From an uncultured Acidimicrobiia bacterium (GTDB lineage Bacteria > Actinomycetota > Acidimicrobiia > Spongiisociales > UBA11373): a stretch of 64,000 nt of DNA. Below the pieces are notes generated by a model, which had not been told where the DNA came from, ran no database searches, and was given only the letters and a program-made list of their open reading frames with translations. This document shows, piece by piece, positions 10,231 to 20,052 of this stretch (position 1 is its first letter; each line of letters begins with the position of its first letter). Both the position numbers and the translations under genes were made by a program. The stretch lies in assembly GCA_964511945.1 (NCBI GenBank), contig CAZEHO010000004.1, positions 41,193 through 105,192 of the forward strand. Reading direction: 5' to 3'.

Positions 10231-13200
10231 TCAGGCCTCTCGAAGGAGCCCGACGATGCTGAGGCCGTTGGGCGTCGAATCGAAGAACACCATCCAGCTC
10301 CGGCATTCCCCGCGACCTTCGGGCCGCGAGACCGCAAGGGAATGGAGGTTGACGAACTCAGCGGGAATCCGGGTCGAGCGCATCACCGGATGATCGGTGA
10401 CCAAGCTCCGTTCCGGATCGTCCAAGACCTCAACGATCTCTGGACCGATGATCTCCCGGAAGGTTCCGACCTTTGGTGAAACGGCCGGATTAGGTCCTGC
10501 CCACACCAGCTCCGGGGATCGGGATCGCCGCAGCTGTGGGGCGTAAATCGGCTCCCCGTGATGGAAGATCACGAGCCCGGCGTCCGACAGCAGATCATCG
10601 AGGTCTGTTCCCCGGCGGAGCCGGTCCGCGAACACCTCGAGGAGTTCGGCCGGACGGGGGTCGTCGGCGAACGCGGCCGCGTCGATTTCATCTGTCAGGA
10701 ATCGTGCGTCGACCCAGCCGAAACCGGATGGGGTCTCCACCTGCTCGAACCAACCCCGCAACCCGCGGCGGCGCCGGCCGGTTGCCTGGATCATCCCTTG
10801 GCCGGGCTCGAGCCGGTGCAGGACCTCGGGACGCAGCGGCGACCGCAGCACCGGCATCCGCTCCGATTCTTTGGTGAGCTTCACGGCAACCCGTCTCGCC
10901 CGACGGTGCATCCGCCGCCGCTTCCCGCCCAGCAGGACTCCGAGATTGAGGGCCCCGCCCAGCAGCATCGACACCAAGATGGCGCCGCCGAACAGCGACA
11001 GCGGCATCCGCAGCACGTATACCGATTGGACAAGTGAGCCGAGGAAGAGCGATGACCCGGGCGACCCCATGTCCAGGTCGCCGGTGGACAGTGCCGACGT
11101 GGGGAGCGATGGCTGCAGTGGCGCGATCCCAAGGTCGTCCGCAGGACGAGGCATCACGGTGAGCGTCACGGTACCGGTACCCTGCTGGCCGGAGGTGTCG
11201 GCGACAACGTAGGTGAAGGTCAACGTGCCCGCGTATCCGCCGGCCACGGACACCTGGATTCCACTGTCGGTCACAAGGAGGTGGCCCTCCGCGGGCGGAC
11301 TCACCGCGATGACTTCCAGGCCGCCACCCTCCGGATCACGATCGTTTGCCAAGACATCGACAACAACCGGACCCAGATCAGCATCGCTGCGCCGAACCTC
11401 GAATTCATCATCCGCAGCGATCGGAGGCAGGTCGGCATCCGGGGCCGTGATGATCCAAGAGATCTCGAGGAACCCCTCGGCACCAAACGGATCGGTGCCC
11501 ACAATCAGGCTGTCGAAGACTCCGGCCCCGGTCGGGGTTCCTTCGATGATCCCGGTCGTCGGGTCGATGGACAATCCCGGCGGGAGCCCGTCCGCCTGCC
11601 ACTGAACACCATCGCCTTCCGGATCATCACCCGTCACCCGGAGGCGAACCTCATCACCCACGGAGTACTCCTGGACCGGAACCGGGTCGATGACCGGCGG
11701 CAGTTGCTCGAGGATGGTCCAGACGAAGGTGGCATCGGCACTCTCCGACGGAACCCCGGAGTCATCGAGTCGCACGGCAACCGTGGAGACCCCAATCGTC
11801 GTCGCCGTTCCGGTGATCCTGCCGGACGCGGAGAGCTGCAGGCCGTCCGGCAGCCCGGTGGCCGACCACCGAATGCCGTCGCCATCGGGGTCGTAGCCGC
11901 TCACCTGAAGGTCGACCGGCACACCTTTGAGAGTTTGCTGATCGTTCGGAGCCGTGAGTACCGGGGGACGATTCGTGTTGGTCACCGTCCAAGCAACAGT
12001 GATCGTCGTCTCCCCGGTCGGATCACCATCGTCGGAGACGGTGATGGTTCCTTCCACGACGCCGGCGGCCGTATATGCCACGAAGCCGCTGATAGTGCCG
12101 GTTGTCGGATCGATGCTCAGGCCCGCCGGCAAATCGGACGCATCGAAGGTGATCGCGTCGCCGTCCGGATCGATCGCATCGACGACGACCGTCACTTGAT
12201 CTCCCTCATCGACTGCTTGGGCGGTGAGGGACGCGACCGGCGCCCGGTTCGTATCCGCGACCGTCCAGGGCACCGTCACCACCACGCTCAGGGCCGGTGT
12301 GCCGACTTCGGTGATGATGACTTCGGCACTGCCGGATCCGGCGGCCTCAAACCCGATCGTCCCCTCGACACTTCCGGTGGATGCGTCGATGGTGAGACCC
12401 GACGGCAATCCCGTGGCAGCCCACTGCAATCCGTCGCCATCGGGATCCACGGCTTCGACGAGGAGGGCTACCGCCTCTCCCTCTGACCAGTCCTGTGGTC
12501 CGACATCCGGTCCGGGAACAGGGGGCCGGTTGACGTCGGCAACCGTCCACCAGAAGGCAACCGTGTCCTCCAGTTGGGGCACACCGTCGTCTATGACGGT
12601 GACGATCACTGCGTGCTGCCCGGCGGCCTCGAAATCGATCACTCCGGAGATCGTTCCGGTCGCCGGAGTGATGCTGGTCCCCTCCGGGAGACCGTTCGCC
12701 GACCAGGTCAGGCCGTCACCGTCGGGATCAGACGTCGCGACCGCAAACGAGACGGTATCCCCTTCGAGGTCGGACCGATCCGCCGGCGTGACCATGATCG
12801 GAGACCGGTTGACGTCGTCAACCGTCCAGGACAACACCACCGAATCGCTCAATGCCGGGCTCCGGTCGTCGGTGACCTGCACGGTGACGGAGTGGGGCCC
12901 TGCCGCATCGTATGAGATCGTTCCCGTGATCTCCCCGGTTGCCGCGTCGATGCCCAGGCCGTCCGGCAGACCAGCAGCCGACCAGGTCAGACCGTCGCCG
13001 TCGGGATCGGATCCGGACACCGCCAGGACGACCGCCGCTCCCTCGAGCGACGACTGGGCCCCGGGATCGGCGATCGCCGGCGCCCGGTTGACGTCGTTCA
13101 CAGTCCAGGAGAAGACCACCGACGTAGCGCTGGTCGGGAATCCGTCGTCGGTCGCAGTCACAGTCACGGTGCTCAGGCCGGCGGATACGTAGCTGAGAGT

Positions 13201-16200
13201 GCCGGAGAGTTCACCCGTCACCGGATCGATCGAGATCCCGTCGGGCAGTCCGGTCGCCGACCAGGTGAGGGTGTCACCGTCGGGATCGGCCCCGGCGACG
13301 ACGAACGAAACCGCCTCACCTTCGGCATCCAGCCGATCACCCGGATCGGCAACGGCCGGCGGCCGGTTGACGTTGTCGACGGTCCAGGTCACGATCACGG
13401 TATCGGCTAGTACCGGCACGCCGTCGTCGGTCGCGGTGACGGTCACCGTGCTCAGGCCGGCCGATTCGTAGGTCAGGGTGCCGCTGATCACGCCTGTTCC
13501 CGGGTCGATGCCGAGCCCCTCGGGGAGGCCGGCCGCCGACCACACCAGAGCGTTGCCATCTGGATCCAGACCGGTGACCGGCAGGCTCACAGTGTCGCCC
13601 TCCGAGGCCGTCTGAGCGCCGGGGTCGTCAACGACCGGAGCCCGATTGGTTTCGGTCACGGTCCAGGTGAACGACACCGACGTCGCCAGAACCGGTACCC
13701 CGTCGTCGGTGGCCGTAGCGGTGACGAGGTGTGTTCCCGCCGAGTCGTAGGTCGGCGAACCGGAGATCACCCCGGTCACCGGGTCCATGCTGAGCCCAGG
13801 AGGCAATCCGGCCGCCGACCACACCAGGGTGTTGCCATCTGGATCCGAGCCCGTCACTGCGAGCGAGATCGACACAGCCTCTGCTGATGATTGGTCTCCT
13901 GGATCGATGACGATGGGTGCCCGGTTCGTCTCAGTCACCGTCCAGGTCAGGACCACGGAGCCCCACAGACTGGGCGTTCCATCATCGGTTGCCGTCACCG
14001 TCACCGAATGAACCCCGGCCGAGGCGTACGTCAGCGTTCCGGAGATCACGCCGGTCGCGGGGTCGATTGACAGCCCATCCGGCAGGCCGGCCGCCGACCA
14101 GGCAACTGAATCTCCGTCCGGATCAGTTGCCGTCATCGGGAGCGTGATGCTCTCGGCCTCGAGAGATGAGGGATCTCCCGGATCATCAACCACCGGTACC
14201 CGGTTGGTATCCGAAATGGTCCAGTCGACGAGCGCCGTTCCACCGGCACTTGGCGTCCCCTCGTCGGTCGCCCGGATCGTCGAGGCATAGGGAGATCCGG
14301 CCGCAGCGTCGAAGGAGATGGTGCCCGATACCTCACCGGTGATTGGATCGATGGACACACCGGGCGGGAGACCGGTCGCCGACCAGGTGAAGGCATCGCC
14401 GTCGGGATCGGTAGCAGCCATCGTGAACGAAACCGCGTCACCCTCGCTGAAGGCCTGGTCCCCCGGATGATCCACGATGGGTCCACGATTGACGTTGGCT
14501 ACGAACCAACTGAAGGTGACCGAGTCCGCCAGGGGAGGTAGGCCTCCATCATCAACTGTGATGGTGACCGAATGGGTACCTGCCGACTCGAATGACAACG
14601 TGCCCGAAACCACTCCGGTCGCCGGATCGATCGATAGCCCGTCCGGGAGACCTGCCGCCGACCAGGTCAGAACATCGCCGTCGGGGTCGGAACCGGAGAC
14701 CGCCAGCGAGATCGGGTCGTCCTCGACCGAACCCTGGTCGCCGGGATCGGTGACCGTCGGAGCCCGGTTCGTGTTCGTGATGTTCCACACGAAGGCATCC
14801 GTGGCGAACAGCCCCGAGGGGTCGTCGACCCGAATCGTCACCGCGTAGGGTGACGCCGCCGCGGCGTCGTAGGTGACGGTTCCCGAGATCGTCCCGGTGG
14901 CCGGGTCGATGTTCAGCCCATCCGGGAGCCCTGCCGCCGACCAGATCAACGGATCTCCGTCGGGGTCGGTGGCCGGTGCCGCCAGGATCACCGCCGCGGC
15001 TTCGGCGTCGGTGCGATCGCCGAGATCCTGATCAAAAACCGGCGCCTCGCTGGTATAGGTGATCTCGAGGTAGGGAGCGTTGCCGCTTTCCCGGGTCTCC
15101 AGACTGACGATCCCCGGGATGAGCGTCGGGCCCGGTCCTCCAATGAGGATCCCGTTGTTGTCGAACGTGCCGTCGAGCCAGCCCTGCACCAGGTCCGGAT
15201 CCAGCGGGATCTGCCGCCAACCGGTCTGATCGACATCGAAGGTGCCGACCAGCGGACCGACATACGCTCCCCACGGATCCACTCCATCGGGCGAATTCCA
15301 GGTGACGGCCCCCTCTACCCAGGGTTCCGTCACACGGTTCACTTCGACACCGAACCCTGCGGCGGTTGACTGTGAAACCACGAGGGTGACCGCAGCGATC
15401 GTCCTGCCGGCCGGGATGCCGCTGAGATCGAATTGGAAGAGGGCTCGCTCGATCGCGGGCACCGGGCCGTCACTGACCCGGGCTGTGGGATCCGATCCGA
15501 AATTCGTGTCGGGATCGTCGGAGGACAGCCCGGCATCCTGCACGATGCCGGCAACAACGGTGATCGAGCCTTCGGTCACCGTCCAGATGAACGACCGCTG
15601 ATGGTCGAGCGCGGGCGTCCCGTCATCGGTCCCGGTGATCGTGACGGCGAACGGCGAAGCGGCGCTCGTCCCCGCCGGAATGACTCCACTGATCTCCCCG
15701 GTCGCGGGATCAATCGACAGCCCCGTCGGCAGCCCCACCGCGGACCAGGTCACCGTGTCGCCATCCGGATCGGACGCCCGCACGAATGTCGAGACGGTGT
15801 CTCCTTCTCCGGAAGCCCGCTCTGCAGGCTGATCGACGACCGGTGGGCGGTTGGTGTTGGTGATCGTCCAGGTGAACAAGACCTGAGACGACAGCACCGG
15901 CACCCGATCATCTGTAGCCGTCACCGTCACCGCATACGGTGAAGCGGCCGACGCGTCATACGACACCGTCCCCGAGATCAACCCGCTCGCCGGATCAATC
16001 GACAACCCATCCGGCAACCCGGTCGCAGACCACGTCAGCGTGTCCGCATCAGGATCCGACCCCGACACCACCAACGAGACCACATCACCCTCAGCATCGG
16101 TCTGATCCCCCGGATTGGTCACCACCGGAGCACGATTCACATCAGCAACCGTCCAAGTGAACGACGCGATGCCGGATTGGGCCGGGATGCCGTCGTCGGT

Positions 16201-19200
16201 AGCCGTCACCGTCACCGCATACGGTGAAGCGGCCGACGCGTCATACGACACCGTCCCCGAGATCAACCCGCTCGCCGGATCAATCGACAACCCATCCGGC
16301 AACCCGGTCGCAGACCACGTCAGCGTGTCCGCATCAGGATCCGACCCCGACACCACCAACGAGACCACATCACCCTCAGCATCGGTCTGATCCCCCGGAT
16401 TGGTCACCACCGGAGCACGATTCACATCAGCAACCGTCCAAGTGAAGGCGTCGATATCGGTCAGGCCGCCTCCATCGGTCACCGTGACCGTCACCGCATA
16501 TGGCGAACCCGGCGACGCGTCATACGACACCGTCCCCGAGATCAACCCCGTCCCCGGATTGATACCGAGGCCTGAAGGCAGCCCCGTTACGGAGTAGACG
16601 AGACCGCCTTCGGGATCGGTGGCCGTCGACCACACCGATACCGCCGCTCCTTCGGCGTCGCTGCGGTCCCCGAGATCCTGATCGAAGACCGGCGCATCGT
16701 TGACGTCATCGGTCACCAGGGCAGTCGTGGCCACCGGTGCCTGGTCCGAGGTGACCGAAGCCACGTTGGCGACCGACGGCGTAGTTGCCGGATCGTCGAC
16801 GACCACGGAGAAGGTCACCGTCATGGTCTCGCCGTCGACGAGGTTGAATCCCGAGCCGAGCGACGGCGGCGAACCGCCGGCGATGTCGATGGTCTCCGAG
16901 GCCGTCACCGCGACGTTGTCGGCGAAGAGGTACCCCTCGGCCGTGCCGATGCCCCGGAACCGCAGCGCGAAGTCGGCCGCGACATACGCCGAGACGTCGA
17001 AACTCTCCGGCACCGCGATGGGATCGGTCGCCGTCAGCGGGTAGGTCGCCAGCGTGGTCCATCCCGATCCGTTCCCCATGACATCGACGGCGACACTCCC
17101 GCCCCCGGAATCGAACTCCTGGCGGCGTCGATCGAAGGTGAGGGTCGCTCCCGAGTAGCCCGACATGTCGGCACCGCGGGTGATGGTCTCACCGCCGATG
17201 TCCGTTTCGTCGCCACCGAAGCGAAAACAGGGCGAATCCGGGCAGTAGGAGGAGTAGACCACCTGGTCCTCACCAGCGTCGGCCGGACCTCCATCGCTCT
17301 CGACCCACACACCCCCCCAGGGAATCGTCCCGTCGTCACCGGCATAGGAGATGGCGCCGAAGAGGTCGCGGACCGCCGCGGGAATCGAAATCAGCGTTGA
17401 TCCTGGGACATAGGTCGTTCCCGCCGGCAGCGGATCGTCGACCGTGATGCCGTTCTGGGAAACACCCGATGTGTTCTCGACAGTGATGGTGTAGTCGATC
17501 TGCTCACCGGGGTTGACGGAGCCGGAGACACCGGACGTCTTCCCGATCGTGAGGTCCACCGGGGTATCGGCAACCGTCCACGTGAACGTGTCGGTATCGA
17601 ACAGCCCGCCGGGATCCTCGACCCGAACCGTGACCGCGAAGGGCGAAGAGGCGGCTGCCGTGTGGTTGATGCTTCCTGCGATCGTGCCGGTCTCCGGGTG
17701 AATTCCGACACCCGGCGGCAGACCGGTCGCCGAGTAGGTGAGGAGGTCCCCGTTGAGATCCGATGCGCCGGCATCGATCGATGCCGAATCGCCCTCGGCG
17801 TCGCTGCGGTCGCCGAGATCCTGGCCGAACACAGGTGGTTCGGCGATCTCGGCGTCGATCGCCACCTGATCAAACCAGATACTGGTCCCAGCCTTCTTCT
17901 GACTCACGAAGAAGCGGATCTGGGTGGTGAGGCCGGCGTACGCGGTGATGTCGAAACGTTGCGGGATCGCCACTGCATCGACCGTGTCGACGACGTATGA
18001 GGCCAGGGTGGTCCAGGTGACCCCATCCGGCGACACATCGACCGTTACCAGCCCGCCGCTGCCCGACTCCCGCTGGTAGGTGAAGCTCAGAACTGCGGTG
18101 GTTGCCCCACTGAGATCGGCTTCCCGCCACGCCCCATCACCGGCGTTCTTGATGTCGAGCATCAGGGCATTCGGCGGGATCGACGGCGACGACACCGTGC
18201 CCACCCGAACCTTGCCGGAAGTAGGTCCGTCGGCTTCACCGAGTTCCTGCCAGACGTTCGTCCATGGGCGGATCCCGTCGTCGCCGGCGTAGGAGATGGC
18301 GTCGAACCGGTCGAGAAAGGTCGCCGAGCCATCGCTGAACACGGTCCAGATGAAGGTGTCGTCGCTGCTGAGGCCGCCGGGGTCGGTGGCGGTCACCACC
18401 GTCGCATATGTCCCCGTGCCGGCGGCGTCGATCGTTCCCGAAATGAGACCCGTTGCCGGATCGATCGACACCCCCGGGGGCAACCCGGCCGCCGCATAGG
18501 TCGGGGCGTCGCCGTCGGGGTCGGTCGCCGTCGATGGAATCGAGACCCCGTCACCTTCGAGGTCGCTGCGATCGCCTAGATCTGCGTCGAAGACCGGCGC
18601 CCGATTCGGTGCGACCCCCCACAGGAACATGAACGGCTGGTTCTTGTTGAGGGTCTCGCCGGTATCGTCCGTGACCTCCTGCGGTGACGACCACCCCGAA
18701 CCGGTCCAGTGAACGTACGACAGGTCCTGATCGTCGTCCTGGACGCCCAGCATGATGTCGTTCCCTGAGGCCCGCCCGAACAAGACCATCGAGTTGGGAT
18801 GGTGGCCGAGATCGGGCCCGTTCACCTCACCCGACCAGCCCCCGGCCTGAGTCCAGGTCCGGTACCTGACCTCATTGGCACCCTCGCCGTAGGTGGCCAG
18901 CGCCTCCCCCGAGGAGCCCTCGAAGGCGACGGCAACGGCGGGGAAGATCTCCCCGGCGGTCCCGGTGCTCGCCTCAATCGGGGAGTCCCAAACAGCTCCG
19001 TTCCACATCCCCAGCCACACGTCACCGCCGCGGGTCAGAACCCCAAGGGCGATCCGATCGGACGACGGATCAGGCCCGAGGACCGTCCAACGGACATCCC
19101 CGAGTGCGGACGGCGGGGAAAGCGGCACTTCCGCCGCCCAGGTTCCGCTCCAGGTCCTGGAGTAGAGCACACTCGAGCTGCGCCCATAGACGACCAGGGC

Positions 19201-19980
19201 ATCACCGCTTCCCTGCTCATACTCGACGAACACGTCGGTTCGGTCGTCACCGACACCCGACGAATCGAGTGTCACAGAGTTCCCCCACGCCGAACCGTCC
19301 CACACCAGCGCGTAGTCCTGGCTGGCGGCATTGCTCACCACCAGCACCATCTCGTCACCGGTCGGATCAGCCGCGAGCTGCAACTGCTTGGGCTCACCGG
19401 CCAGCGGGGTGGTGATGGTCGACGCAGCGGACCAAGAAGTCCCGTCCCAGGTGCGGTAGGACAGCCCCGCGGTCCCCGACGTGCCGTTGCTCCACACCAC
19501 GACGGCGTCGCCGCTGGCGTGCTCGTAAGCGACCTCGGCGCTCCACCAGTCCGTCTCGCTCAGTGTTGCCATCGGCGCGAACGGAAGCTGAACCCAGGCG
19601 GTGCCATCCCAGATCATGCCGGTGACCTCGCCGCTCTGGGCGATGCCGACGACCGTTGCCTCCTCACGAGTCGGGGCCTGAGCCCCCTGGATGATCTGAA
19701 GCGAGCCGATGGAGGCTGTATCCGAGGCGGCGCCGACCGCTCCGGCGTCCCAAAGGCGGTGCTGAGGAATCGATGTCGTCGCTACTCGGTACACCGCCGA
19801 GCCGACACCAGGATTCCACTCCGGAGTCAGCGCCCCGACCAGGCCCGCCAGATACGGCGACGTGGCTCCCAGCAGCACCATGAACGCCCCAACGACCGCC
19901 CAGATCCGGTGGCGGTGGGCGCGCCGGAACCGCCGTCCATACGCGCGCGTCGCGCGCGCCGCTGTAGGGCGACGATGCAT
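10231..19980 (-). CDS. Giant (3249 aa) surface/adhesin-like protein with ~19 He_PIG Ig repeats
   Basis: N-terminal hydrophobic segment; Trp-rich WDG/WxG propeller-like repeats; ~19 NRxP..DPDGD..GLPxGLxIDPxTG repeats; DUF11-like and DNRLRE-like domains; cadherin-like domain; C-terminal TM followed by KRRR and an SH3-like segment (WFEQVETPSGFGWVDARFL). Confidence 0.92.
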   Translation of the reverse strand: MHRRPTAARATRAYGRRFRRAHRHRIWAVVGAFMVLLGATSPYLAGLVGALTPEWNPGVGSAVYRVATTSIPQHRLWDAGAVGAASDTASIGSLQIIQGAQAPTREEATVVGIAQSGEVTGMIWDGTAWVQLPFAPMATLSETDWWSAEVAYEHASGDAVVVWSNGTSGTAGLSYRTWDGTSWSAASTITTPLAGEPKQLQLAADPTGDEMVLVVSNAASQDYALVWDGSAWGNSVTLDSSGVGDDRTDVFVEYEQGSGDALVVYGRSSSVLYSRTWSGTWAAEVPLSPPSALGDVRWTVLGPDPSSDRIALGVLTRGGDVWLGMWNGAVWDSPIEASTGTAGEIFPAVAVAFEGSSGEALATYGEGANEVRYRTWTQAGGWSGEVNGPDLGHHPNSMVLFGRASGNDIMLGVQDDDQDLSYVHWTGSGWSSPQEVTDDTGETLNKNQPFMFLWGVAPNRAPVFDADLGDRSDLEGDGVSIPSTATDPDGDAPTYAAAGLPPGVSIDPATGLISGTIDAAGTGTYATVVTATDPGGLSSDDTFIWTVFSDGSATFLDRFDAISYAGDDGIRPWTNVWQELGEADGPTSGKVRVGTVSSPSIPPNALMLDIKNAGDGAWREADLSGATTAVLSFTYQRESGSGGLVTVDVSPDGVTWTTLASYVVDTVDAVAIPQRFDITAYAGLTTQIRFFVSQKKAGTSIWFDQVAIDAEIAEPPVFGQDLGDRSDAEGDSASIDAGASDLNGDLLTYSATGLPPGVGIHPETGTIAGSINHTAAASSPFAVTVRVEDPGGLFDTDTFTWTVADTPVDLTIGKTSGVSGSVNPGEQIDYTITVENTSGVSQNGITVDDPLPAGTTYVPGSTLISIPAAVRDLFGAISYAGDDGTIPWGGVWVESDGGPADAGEDQVVYSSYCPDSPCFRFGGDETDIGGETITRGADMSGYSGATLTFDRRRQEFDSGGGSVAVDVMGNGSGWTTLATYPLTATDPIAVPESFDVSAYVAADFALRFRGIGTAEGYLFADNVAVTASETIDIAGGSPPSLGSGFNLVDGETMTVTFSVVVDDPATTPSVANVASVTSDQAPVATTALVTDDVNDAPVFDQDLGDRSDAEGAAVSVWSTATDPEGGLVYSVTGLPSGLGINPGTGLISGTVSYDASPGSPYAVTVTVTDGGGLTDIDAFTWTVADVNRAPVVTNPGDQTDAEGDVVSLVVSGSDPDADTLTWSATGLPDGLSIDPASGLISGTVSYDASAASPYAVTVTATDDGIPAQSGIASFTWTVADVNRAPVVTNPGDQTDAEGDVVSLVVSGSDPDADTLTWSATGLPDGLSIDPASGLISGTVSYDASAASPYAVTVTATDDRVPVLSSQVLFTWTITNTNRPPVVDQPAERASGEGDTVSTFVRASDPDGDTVTWSAVGLPTGLSIDPATGEISGVIPAGTSAASPFAVTITGTDDGTPALDHQRSFIWTVTEGSITVVAGIVQDAGLSSDDPDTNFGSDPTARVSDGPVPAIERALFQFDLSGIPAGRTIAAVTLVVSQSTAAGFGVEVNRVTEPWVEGAVTWNSPDGVDPWGAYVGPLVGTFDVDQTGWRQIPLDPDLVQGWLDGTFDNNGILIGGPGPTLIPGIVSLETRESGNAPYLEITYTSEAPVFDQDLGDRTDAEAAAVILAAPATDPDGDPLIWSAAGLPDGLNIDPATGTISGTVTYDAAAASPYAVTIRVDDPSGLFATDAFVWNITNTNRAPTVTDPGDQGSVEDDPISLAVSGSDPDGDVLTWSAAGLPDGLSIDPATGVVSGTLSFESAGTHSVTITVDDGGLPPLADSVTFSWFVANVNRGPIVDHPGDQAFSEGDAVSFTMAATDPDGDAFTWSATGLPPGVSIDPITGEVSGTISFDAAAGSPYASTIRATDEGTPSAGGTALVDWTISDTNRVPVVDDPGDPSSLEAESITLPMTATDPDGDSVAWSAAGLPDGLSIDPATGVISGTLTYASAGVHSVTVTATDDGTPSLWGSVVLTWTVTETNRAPIVIDPGDQSSAEAVSISLAVTGSDPDGNTLVWSAAGLPPGLSMDPVTGVISGSPTYDSAGTHLVTATATDDGVPVLATSVSFTWTVTETNRAPVVDDPGAQTASEGDTVSLPVTGLDPDGNALVWSAAGLPEGLGIDPGTGVISGTLTYESAGLSTVTVTATDDGVPVLADTVIVTWTVDNVNRPPAVADPGDRLDAEGEAVSFVVAGADPDGDTLTWSATGLPDGISIDPVTGELSGTLSYVSAGLSTVTVTATDDGFPTSATSVVFSWTVNDVNRAPAIADPGAQSSLEGAAVVLAVSGSDPDGDGLTWSAAGLPDGLGIDAATGEITGTISYDAAGPHSVTVQVTDDRSPALSDSVVLSWTVDDVNRSPIMVTPADRSDLEGDTVSFAVATSDPDGDGLTWSANGLPEGTSITPATGTISGVIDFEAAGQHAVIVTVIDDGVPQLEDTVAFWWTVADVNRPPVPGPDVGPQDWSEGEAVALLVEAVDPDGDGLQWAATGLPSGLTIDASTGSVEGTIGFEAAGSGSAEVIITEVGTPALSVVVTVPWTVADTNRAPVASLTAQAVDEGDQVTVVVDAIDPDGDAITFDASDLPAGLSIDPTTGTISGFVAYTAAGVVEGTITVSDDGDPTGETTITVAWTVTNTNRPPVLTAPNDQQTLKGVPVDLQVSGYDPDGDGIRWSATGLPDGLQLSASGRITGTATTIGVSTVAVRLDDSGVPSESADATFVWTILEQLPPVIDPVPVQEYSVGDEVRLRVTGDDPEGDGVQWQADGLPPGLSIDPTTGIIEGTPTGAGVFDSLIVGTDPFGAEGFLEISWIITAPDADLPPIAADDEFEVRRSDADLGPVVVDVLANDRDPEGGGLEVIAVSPPAEGHLLVTDSGIQVSVAGGYAGTLTFTYVVADTSGQQGTGTVTLTVMPRPADDLGIAPLQPSLPTSALSTGDLDMGSPGSSLFLGSLVQSVYVLRMPLSLFGGAILVSMLLGGALNLGVLLGGKRRRMHRRARRVAVKLTKESERMPVLRSPLRPEVLHRLEPGQGMIQATGRRRRGLRGWFEQVETPSGFGWVDARFLTDEIDAAAFADDPRPAELLEVFADRLRRGTDLDDLLSDAGLVIFHHGEPIYAPQLRRSRSPELVWAGPNPAVSPKVGTFREIIGPEIVEVLDDPERSLVTDHPVMRSTRIPAEFVNLHSLAVSRPEGRGECRSWMVFFDSTPNGLSIVGLLREA
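15914..16446. repeat. Intragenic tandem duplication, 285-bp period
   Basis: 15914-16161 reads identical to 16199-16446 (248 bp; same 73-aa ORF at 15939 and 16224 in the track); partial diverged third copy near 16485-16550. Confidence 0.9.
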
Positions 19981-19987
19981 AGGGATT

Positions 19988-20015
19988 TCTTCGGCACGAA
20001 ATCGCCTTTCCCGTA
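19988..20015 (-). promoter_or_regulatory. Putative sigma28/WhiG-type promoter of the giant surface protein (likely leaderless)
   Basis: Minus strand TACG-N16-GCCGAAGA, 7 nt before ATG 19980. Confidence 0.6.
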
Positions 20016-20052
20016 TAGGTTTCCAAGGGATTCGAGACCGGACCGAACCGGC

